A stretch of 64,000 bases of DNA from positions 620,001 through 684,000 of the forward strand of contig NW_026781968.1 in the NCBI RefSeq assembly GCF_031769215.1. Reading direction: 5' to 3'. The first letter of the stretch is position 1. Every line of letters starts with the position of its first letter. Source of the DNA: Ylistrum balloti. Its lineage: Eukaryota. The translations under genes were made by a program, and so were the position numbers. The notes below the pieces were generated by a model. It saw only the letters and a list, made by a program, of their open reading frames with translations, searched no databases and had not been told where the DNA came from. Of the stretch, positions 12,481 to 24,100 are shown in pieces.

Positions 12481-15112
12481 AGTTCTTTCTAGTGGAACTG
12501 TCTAAACCAAGGTTACACTAAAAGGTTTCCATTAAGCTGAAAGCTGCCTTTACAAAACATAAAATACATTCATAAATATCTATTTATGATAATTCCAAAA
12601 CAATTTCAGATTCTCATTTTCACCTACAATTTACTGTTAAATGGACTTTGTTGATTAACTGAGTCATGCTTAAGTTTTCTGTTTAGCTTCAGTGTAGATG
12701 TAGAGCTTTATTTCAAAGTGTTTAAGCAGCTATAACCAAACCTGGATTATGAAACATTTTATAGGAAATAGGCCTATTAACATTCCTTCCACATGTAAAA
12801 TATCAACATTTAGGTGTGTTTATTACCTTATTATGCTGTCTACTGTCTACAGCTCACTGGCTATCTACTTGCTACTTTTGACTGCAAAAAGGATTTAAAG
12901 ATGTTTGGAAATTTTGAAAGAAAAACGGTGACCGACTTCAGTGGTTTAGAATACTTGCGATGGAAAAGTATCTTACATTGTAATTTCCAATGATCTAGAT
13001 ATATCTCATTGTATACTGTAGTAAACAATGGACAACAAGAATATGGAAGCAGTATGCAATATAACAATGGTTTTGTTGTAAACTTTGGCAGGACTCTGTC
13101 ATATAAATATTGGATTCCATAAATCTTACTGGCGAGGATTTGAATGCTTGAAATAACACCTGTGTATCTGGAATTATTTCTATATATTGCATTTAAACAT
13201 TTTTCATGCAATAGTGAGTAAGCAGCAGGTAGTGAGTGAAAAGTAGTTTGGTATTTGTTAGTTTTGAGCCGAAATGAATCAAATGACATTGAAAAAGACC
13301 ATTTTCATCCAAGTATCCCTTTCAAGTGCCATACAGTTGAAATTAGTTGAAATACATGTAAGTATTGTAGCTTCAAAGGTTACGATGAGTTCACCTTGAT
13401 GCACTTATGTGTAAGTATCAGATACACTTTGTAGGTTACAAGTCAAATAAAGGTTCTTTTAATTCAAAGACCAACAAAATCTGAAATGGTTACAATTAAT
13501 TGCATTAAAGACTTCCAATTGATGGAATAAAGTGTTTAAAATCATCACAACCCACTTTGAACATCGTTCATCAAAAATAACAAAATCATCAAGTTTTTAC
13601 ATTATCTTTTAAGACCATGGTAATGGTCTTTATTTCACTGGAAAGCTGAAGGGAAACATAGAGTTTGATTTTGGAGGTCAGACTTAAATATAGAGATCAA
13701 GTATGCACATCTACAGTTTATAATGAAATCGCTATTTATGATAAATCTTATACACATTGAGATGCTGAATTACTTTTCCTGATACGGTCATAAATCGGTA
13801 ACATACCAGTTATTTCAGCAATTAATTAGAGAAAGCATTATTTATCAATACATACATACAATGTGACAAACTGCACATAGCCTTTGCTAAAGTGTTTATG
13901 ACAATGGGTCACTTAGTCATTGAGATAATGTTTAAAGATTTTTACACACTTGACACATGTGGTCATGAAAATTGTGCCAGATACATGTACTCATAAGTTG
14001 TGTATATCATGAAGGTTGTTTTCCCAAAAAGAAGTTTGGAACTAGAACTGATCAAAGTACAGGACTTCAGCATCAAAGAGACAAGATCCTTAATGTTAAA
14101 TGCTTTAACAACCATAGTTTCATAAGAGAAATGCTAGAACAAAATTTTAAGGCTGAAGTAGAAAGGGATTCAAGTATCACTGGGACCAATTTGGAGGTAC
14201 AATGGAATCACATTGTGATGGATTCATTGAATAATTGGCAAAGTCTCATCCATTGTAGCAAGTCATGTTTATCTTGAAAGTCAAATAATTTTTGGAAAAG
14301 GCATGATAGTATACGTTTTAAGCCGTGTAATTACCCCGTAGCAATCTAGGTATCAATAAATTTGCACATTGAACACTGATGCTTAGATTAAACAGAAAAT
14401 ATGAAGATACCATTACTTATGTGTGAGAAACGAGTGGCATAAGAATTGAGGTAAACTTATTATTTCTATTATTTATAGAAATTCAATGACATTCAAAGTG
14501 ACTTTAAACTTCTGAGATAGGTTTAATGACAAACAGAGTAATTTTAAGGCATAAATAATCTAAAACTTACAGTAATTTTTGTTGCAAAACTCATGTTTTG
14601 CTAATATAATCAAACATCAATGCTTGTGCGATTGCTGTCTCAGGCACAGCCCCTTTCTACAGTAATTTTTGTTGTAGGACTTTTCAATATCGCAATCCTC
14701 AGTAATCAGCAATAGGTTAAAAACTAATTCTTAGAGGTTTTGTGGGAATCATTATTTATTTATTTATTTTCATTTATTTAGAGTATAACTGAATTACAAT
14801 TTTCTAAAATGTTTTGATAATAATTTGACACAGTTTGAAATGGTTGATCAAATATGATTAGTGTAACAAAGCTGCTGCTGGAAGTAATCATGTGATATTA
14901 CATGTAATGTTGAAATTAGTGTCCATCATGTACAAAATTACATTGAGATTGTATATATTATTTCAGATTCTTTTCCATAAAAAGAACTATCTTCATGCTT
15001 CATCAAAGGCAAAGTTTACAAGTTCCCAAAGAAGAATCAGACGACGATAATCAGGCTGATTCATTTTACTGAATTGACTTTAAGTGATCAACACATCCGA
15101 AAGTTTTGTGGA

Positions 15113-18100
15113 ATGGAACATTTTCCTCAGGATCATGATCAGGCCAAAGATGCTTTAGATCAGGTAACATCTTTGTTTTGGTTTTGTTGCCATTAACTTG
15201 TTTGATTGTTGTATAAATAAAGAATAGTTGTAACATTAGATCAATATTAGATATAAAATTGTAACTTTACATCAATATTAGATATAAAATTGTAACTTTA
15301 CATCAATATTAGATATAAAATTGTAATAGTACATCAACATGTGAGATAAAATTGTAACATTACATCAATATTTCAGATAAAATTGTAATGTTATATCAAT
15401 ATCAGATATAAAATTGTATTTTATCTTTATATGTATGCATTCTTTGTTTTATATGTTTTGAAAAATGCATGTTTGTAAGTCAAAAGTGCATAAAGAACAT
15501 ATTTTTTACATTTGTACTTCTTAATACCTACTTTTGTAACAAACTGACACAAGTATGTAGCAATGACAGTGTTATTATTTATCTCATTAATAACTGACCA
15601 TTTTACTTCAATCTATAGACTAAACAGTGTTAATAACAAACCTATAGACTAAACAGTGTTAATAACAAACCTATAGACTAAACAGTGTTAATAACAAACC
15701 TATAGACTAAACAGTGTTAATAACAAACATAGACTAAACAGGGTTAATAACAAACATATAGACTAGACAGGGTTAATAACAAACCTATAGACTAAACAAG
15801 GGTAATAACAAACCTATAGACTAAACAGGGTTGATAACAAATCTATAGACTAAACAGGGTTAATAACAAACCTATAGACTTAACAGGGTTGATAACAAAT
15901 CTATATACTAAACAAGGGTAATAACAAACCTATAGACTAAACAGGGTTGATAACAAATCTATAGACTAAACAGTCTTAATAACAAACCTATAGACTAAAC
16001 AGGGTTAATAACAAACCTATAGATTAAACAGTGTTAATAACAAACCTATAGACTAAACAGTGTTAATAACAAACCTATATATTAAACAGTGTTAATAACA
16101 AACCTATATATTAAACAGTCTTAATAACAAACCTATAGACTAAACAGTGTTAATAACAAACCTATAGACTAAACAGTGTTAATAACAAACCTATATATTA
16201 AACAGTGTTAATAACAAATCTATAGACTAAACAAGGGTAATAACAAACCTATAGACTAAACAGGGTTGATAACAAATCTATAGACTAAACAGTCTTAATA
16301 ACAAACCTATAGACTAAACAGGGTTAATAACAAACCTATAGATTAAACAGTGTTGATAACAAACCTATAGACTAAACAAGGGTAATAACAAACCTATAGA
16401 CTAAACAGGATTGATAACAAATCTATAGACTAAACAGGGTTAATAACAAACCTATAGACTAAACAGGGTTAATAACAAATCTATAGACTAAACAGTGTTA
16501 ATAACAAACCTATAGACTAAACAGGGTTAATAACAAACCTATAGACTTAACAGGGTTGATAACAAACCTATATACTAAACAGTGTTAATAACAAACCTAT
16601 AGACTAAACAGGGTTGATAACAAATCTATAGACTAAACAGGGTTAATAACAAATCCATAGACTAAACAGTGTTAATAACAAACCTATAGACTAAACAGTG
16701 TTAATAACAAACATAGACTAGATAGGGTTAATAACAAACATATAGACTAGACAGGGTTAATAACAAACCTATAGACTAAACAGTGTTAATAACAAACATA
16801 GACTAGATAGGGTTAATAACAAACCTATAGACTAGACAGGGTTGATAACAAATCTATAGACTAAACAAGGGTAATAACAAACCTATAGACTAAACAGGGT
16901 TGATAACAAATCTATAGACTAAACAGTCTTAATAACAAACCTATAGACTAAACAGGGTTAATAACAAACCTATAGACTAAACAGGGTTGATAACAAACCT
17001 ATAGACTAAACAAGGGTAATAACAAACCTATAGACTAAACAGGATTGATAACAAATCTATAGACTAAACAGGGTTAAGAACAAGTCTATAGACTTAACAG
17101 GGTTGATAACAAACCTATATACTAAACAGTGTTAATAACAAACCTATAGACTAGACAGGGTTAATAACAAACATATAGACTAAACAGTGTTAATAACAAA
17201 CCTATATACTAAACAGTGTTAATAACAAACCTATAGACTAAACAGGGTTGATAACAAATCTATAGACTAAACAGTCTTAATAACAAACCTATAGACTAAA
17301 CAGGGTTAATAACAAACCTATAGACTAAACAGGGTTGATAACAAATCTATAGACTAAACAGGGTTAATAACAAGCCTATAGACTTAAAAGGGTTGATAAC
17401 AAACCTATATACTAAACAGTGTTAATAACAAACCTATAGACTAGACAGGGTTAATAACAAACATATAGACTAAACAGTTTAAATAACAAACATAGACTAT
17501 ATAGGGTTAATAACAAACCTATAGACTAGACAGGGTTGATAACAAATCTATAGACTAAACAGGGTTAATAACAAATCTATAGACTAAACAGTGTTAATAA
17601 CAAACCTATAGATTAAACAGTGTTAATAACAAACATATAGACTAAACAAGGGTAATAACAAACCTATAGACTAAACAGTGTTAATAACAAACCTATAGAC
17701 TAAACAGGATTGATAACAAATCTATAGACTAAACAGTGTTCATAACAAACCTATAGATTAAACAGTGTTAATAACAAACCTATATATTAAACAGGGTTAA
17801 TAACTGATGTAACAATGATCTTCCATTTACAACCAGAAAAATACACATATATGTATAACTTCACGCAATCATTTGTATTCCCAATTACAATAAATGGAAC
17901 ATTTTAAATCCTTTTTTTGACTGATGTTTTTTTACAGTTAGCTGCCCGAGCATGAAAAATGAGAGCTACAATACCAAAAGCATATTCATGTTTTTGTACC
18001 ATCAATTCAAAAAAATTAAAACTAGATCATTTTTACCAAGAATAATTTGTATAATATAGAGAAAGGCTGTCCCACACACACACCTATGCTGTTTCTCTTT

Positions 18101-21100
18101 CCAAACTACAGATATGTTGGTCAGTTTTGTGAAAATTGTACCATGATAAATAGCTGTCATACAATCATGAAAATAAGAAATCATACTTAAATGAAAATGT
18201 TGACTTAATTTGGTATTAATTAATTCAGCTTCCAAGAGTAGCTTCTCTAGGTAGTTAATCATTGCCCATTTGAATTTGAAAGAAAATACAAAGTACAGAG
18301 TTTCACCCTTTTCTTTGTTGTACCATCTTACACTTGAAAAGAAATGGTATAATCCTCTCTTTCCATGATTTCCATGTGGCATTATGCATAGAATACCTTT
18401 ATTGATAATTTAAAGTCATCAAAATGAACAAAAAAAGAGAAAAATTATGTTAATGGGTAATTTTTCAATATATTAAATTTGAAGACATAATTTGTGTTGT
18501 AAGAACATCAATGCATCATTAATTAATCAAGTCAAATATAAGGAATCAAACATTCTGGCAAGTTATATTTAATAATTCCAATTAATTCAAAATAATCAAT
18601 ATCCATTTTTCAGTTCTCATGAACAGTCGACAAGTGATTCGTCAAATATATTTACAGTGTTCATTTTATTTGCAGCAATATAAAAACAGTAGTTTAATAA
18701 CAAGCATATTCCATAGCAGAGTACAGCAACCTGAAGATAGATTGATAGACTGTTTACAAGGTGCATTACACCACATCATATCACAAGAATCAGAAGAATA
18801 TAGCAATGTGAAGGGCATACTTGAAAGTGATGATGAAGAAGTTGTTAATTTGAAGAACTTATCAGGTGGAAGTAAAGTTGATCCTTCACTTAATAAAGCC
18901 ACAAATAAAAACCTTACAGGCAACAACAACGTAGAGAAACATCCTCAAGATGATCACATCGAAATTGTAGCGGCTGGAACATGTCGTCTTCAACAAGGAG
19001 TACCCATTCCAGTTGTAATGGATGTTATACTTTCTATAAATAATTCTGCCAATAGAAATGTGTTTCAAGATTCTCCTTGTGAAGCCCACCATGAAAAAGC
19101 TACAGATTTAGATAAGCCAGTATTTATATCACACAAATCTGGAAAGCATGACTTCATAAAGAGAGTTAATAATCGTTCTAAAATTAAAGGTTTTGACATA
19201 ATACATGAAGATTATGAAAAAGCTGAATCAGCCGATCATGTCAAAAGCACACCCAAGGCACTGAGTGATAACAATGGAGACAAAGACCTCAGTAAAGTTA
19301 GAAATGATGCAAGTTATTCTGTCAATACAAACTATTCTGCTAATGGACATGGTAGCTCATCTAACCAAGAAGAAACAAACTTGAAACACAGTGGGAAACA
19401 GGAAGTAACTGATGTAAAATGTGTTGACCTACCTGGAAGCGACACTGATGACAATGGAGTGGATTCTCAAAAGGTTGTTACTAAAGGTATTGTAAAGGAT
19501 GAAGATACTTCTGTCAAATACCAGTTGCAAGAAGAGAGTGACATCATTGGAATAAAGCTGAACACAGATGCTGAGAATCAGTCAAAGAATAAAAGAACTG
19601 ACAGTGATGAAACTTCTGGAAATATCAGTGGACTTTTTGTGCACCCCAGGAAAGACAATGAAGGTGCAGATGAAGTTGAAAAGACCATTTCAATTAATGA
19701 CTCTAAAACACAAGAAAAGAAAATTGAAGCAAATAGGAGTGATCTAGGGATTAGAGATCTGGAGGAGGAAATGAGTAATCAGGAACACAAAATTACAAAA
19801 CTTCCCAGAGTTTCTTTCAAAAATGTTGAAGTTGATGAAGATTCAAATACAGAGGATGAACATAATGTGAGGAGTGATTGTCATGGTGTGAAAGAAAACA
19901 TACTTTTTGCTGAAGATTCTACAAGTGAGGTGAATCATTAACTATTTGCAGTAAATAATACCCTCATTTTATCTTTTTTATCAGACTTTTTAGCAGACTT
20001 CTACAATGAAAATTGTTAGCCAATCATATTGGAATTTTGAAGGGAAATAGTAATCCATCTATATACCAGTTTGTATTGATAAGGAAAGCAATTGAACTTT
20101 TTATCCTTATTTTATTTATAATTACAATTTTATTTTTGAATGACTTTCAATCAAGTATGAGGATGTATTGATTTTGTGTTTCAATATAACATATGTTCAA
20201 TCCCTGTCTTTGTTATCATGTCGGAACTAATTCATAACATTGTTAAGTGAAAGGATAACTCTGTCAATAAAACAGTGTTTTAAGCATTCAATCAGTCTTG
20301 ATGTCAAACAAATAATGATTACTCGTAAATCATGCAATGGTCAAGTACGAGAAAGAAGGTTTTGTTATAGGGCACCAGTGCCTTGTGACTAGTAGCTATT
20401 TCAGTTCAAATAAAATTGGTTAAACTTTAATGTGTATAATATTTAAATGTTAATGATTTTTAGCAGTTTTTATAGCAAGGGTTTTGGTAATTATCAAGGA
20501 CTCATAATTCGCATTTTATTGAACACAATTTATGCTGCACAAGAGTCCATGTCAAAAAAAATCTGGACCAAAACAAATATCTGAAGGAAATATTAAAATT
20601 TGTACAGCAAAAATATTGATTATTTACAATCAAAATTGTTGTATCAGGTTAGCTAAATCAAAATAAAGAATATTTATATATTTCCAGGAGTCTGTGGAAA
20701 AGTTGTCACTGCAGGACTTAGCTTTTGGAATGGATGGCTACAAACATTTCAAATTGTATGCAGAGGTAATATTGATTTGCACAGCTGGTAAATGTTTGTA
20801 TGTATAAAAACCATGTAATTTTCATTTGGTTCCATAAAAGGTTTTACTGCAGTTTTGATTGCATTGTTTATATATTTGATTAACAACAATTATTGTATTA
20901 GCTTGAATTCTTTCCAAACCAAAACAACTATATACTTCAAAATCAAGTTTGCTATGTCCTGTAAAATTTCAGATTGATAAGAATATACGGGTGAATGAAC
21001 TACAGGATGCCAAGGAAGCATTGAAGATGAATTATAATTGGAGAGCTCAACAAATTGATGAAATTATATGTGTTGCTACAGGTGAAATGAAATCAGTAGA

Positions 21101-24100
21101 ATGCAAAGTGTTTATACATTATGTCTCCCAACAAATCTGACAAAGTTTACAAATTTCCATTTGATCGCATATTTACAGATCTTATTTAAGTCTCACCTCA
21201 GTCATACTTCTTTTAACATTCTGTTTCAATATAAAATCACTGAAATTATTCTCCTTGTCTATCATTGGATTTAAATCATATTGGGTCATAATTACAGCTA
21301 CAGAATTTTAATATAATGATTAGTACTTTTAGCTTGTCTGGTGAATCTTGACTGATTTAAAAAAAATATCAAAACAAATATTCATGATGTCTACAACTGT
21401 CATAGATAATTGTCAAGAACAACATAAAATACCAACAGGTTAACATAATCATAATCCAAACTTTAAATCAATAAAACTAGTTCAAAATTTAAACAAAAGA
21501 AAGATTTACATGAAAATATCGGCAAAAAATCTCAAAGGATGTTAAGACCAGGTATTCTGGAAGAGTAAGCATCTTCTGCATCAACGACGATACACACAAA
21601 AGCTATGAATTGATTTTTTCCTGGTTTATGTCATTGTCTGTTGATAATAATGTTTGTATGATTTATCCATTTAAAATAAAGCTAGGAATAAGGCTAATCG
21701 ACATCTATTTCTGATTCACATTGATCAAGACGTGGATGCATCCTGGATTTTTGTTATTTTGATATATCTAAGACTTTATTATGGTATTTTGTAGAATACT
21801 ACAAGAATCCAAAGAACAGCAAGGCAGTGTCTGAGTGGCATGAACTTAAGAAAACTGTTTCAGTGGAGAAGAGAAGTACAGTCAAGAGTAACACAGACAT
21901 TAAGTTTCATCTGGCATCCCTCCATGAACACAGGACAATTTTTACATATATCCTTATTGCAGTTAGTAATGTTTTGCTTTACACACACTTTATATGTGTT
22001 TGGTCACTTATTTGGGATGTGAGAAATGCAGCAAGACAAGGGTAGGTGGATCTTTAGACTCTCATTATAACTGCTATATTATATCATATTACAGTATGTC
22101 ACTTGCAAGATGAAGATTTCTACCAGCTTATCTTATCATCATATATATCAAATATTCTGTTCCTTTGTGCAATACTAGACCAGTTTGATGCTTGTTAGAT
22201 TGCCTGTTGATTCAGCTGTTGTATACCTTATTCTTGAGAATGTGACATTTCTTATTCAGATTGACCAACATTTATATGGTGGGTGTCCTCGATGAAACAG
22301 AAGATGCTAACTCTTGGATTTTAGTTTCTCTGTAGATTTTGGGAAAATATATCACTTTTTCACTAACTCTGAATGATAGAGCAGTAATATTCTTGATACA
22401 TCATTGTAATTGGGATAATTGATTAAATCTTCTTTTGTTTGCCACCTAGATATTGAATTTCTCACTTTGTGCATCTCATGTTTTTATATTATTTATTCAG
22501 TCAAGTACAACCTGATTGTCACATCCTGTGATTGGCTATCAAAATATATGAAAACAAGAGAATGTTCAAATCAATATAGGACAGAAAAATGTACCATTCT
22601 TTTCCTTTGACTTGCACAGATGCAACTGGTGTCAGTGATTGTGACATGCATACTTGGCAAGCTGACATACATAGGGTTAGAACCAAAGTTGGAGCTAATG
22701 ACGGGAGTAAAGACATTTATGGGCACAGAGATGGTCCACAAATGGATTCCACCAAATGTGTGGATTGGGCCCTCTGAGAAATATCTAATCAGTAAGATAC
22801 CATACCACTCTGAATATGATAACTTCTGACTTCTGTTTCCAGTCGTAGTTAAAATTTTTTGAAAACAATTTAAATCCAAAATATCCTTAATCCCTCTGAT
22901 GATAAATCATTTGCAAGATTTTTCAGTTTAAAAATGTTCAGCTGAGTTTTCTCAAATGGTTGTTACTTTGTTTGTTTGTAAATATTAAGAATATATCTGA
23001 TTATTGAACACCATGCAATTTAGTGAGTCACTATTTCTGTTTTATTTTTTTTAACTCATACATGTACAGGTTATTGACTTTAAAGATAAAAAGGAGTAAT
23101 ACTGCATTGATAATGGAGAAACTAAAAAAAAAAAAAAAAAACAATATGTGTTTCTATGTACCCAGACATATTTTAGTTTCTGTGTTGAAATTGTTCTTGC
23201 TTTTATTTCTATGGTTGGAAAAAATTTACATGCAATGCATATTTGAACATGTATAGGTATTGGAGCTCTGTACGCCCCTTGCATGAGAGAAGACTATGGT
23301 ATCCAGATAGATCTGAGTAAAAAAGGCTATAAGAAAACCAGCATACTTGGCTGTTGTGAGGTGGCCAGCAGAAATGTGGCAGGAACTACAACTCAGTCAG
23401 AGTGTGTAAACATCACTAACGGTATGTAAACCTAAATTTATGGAAATAACTTGGTTTTGCAATCGTTAAAAGACTTGAAATTGTTACCTTTTGGGGTATT
23501 GTATATATCTATCTCGACATCAGATTATGATCCCATTTATAGCTGGACAGATACTCAGACTACTTTTCCAAACACAAAATCAACTTTTATGATTAATTAC
23601 ATAACTTGATTATTAGATTATAATATTTAAATTGAACATGTTGTTCATCTGTTAAACATTTTTTGAATAATTTGAATGGTATCCTGATAGGGAAGGAGAA
23701 ACATGGTCGTAATATTTTGTTAATGTACATATCTGGCAGCACAGTGAACCAAAAATATTTTCTCTTACTAAAGTTAAATGATACTGATAAGGTGTTCTGT
23801 TTTATATTCTCAAGATCTGTTACATGTATCTTCTTTTGAATAACTGTGTTACCCCTCTATGTTGTACTATCCTTATGTTATACAAAAGACCAGCAACAAC
23901 TGTTCTCAAGTACAAATGTTGAGTATTAACACAAGTTACAACAATGATAACATGTATGGCCTGAGTATCGAGCTTAACAAGTTACTCCTTCCATGGCCAC
24001 ACCAGGACTGACTCTATTTGCTGTGATCTTACAGTTTATCCTAAAGTAATTACAATCTAATTCTGATAGGGAAAGTGTCTTCTACTGATCTACAATTAAA

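Noticed and set aside
15609-17804. CRISPR or coding repeat
   Set aside because: Contiguous 29-bp units with no spacers, frequent stops in all frames, and an intronic location.
18614-18675. ATG at 18619 as the start of a standalone 440-aa protein
   Set aside because: A strong phase-0 acceptor at 18675 and a donor at 19929 place the ORF as an internal exon of the iRhom-like gene.
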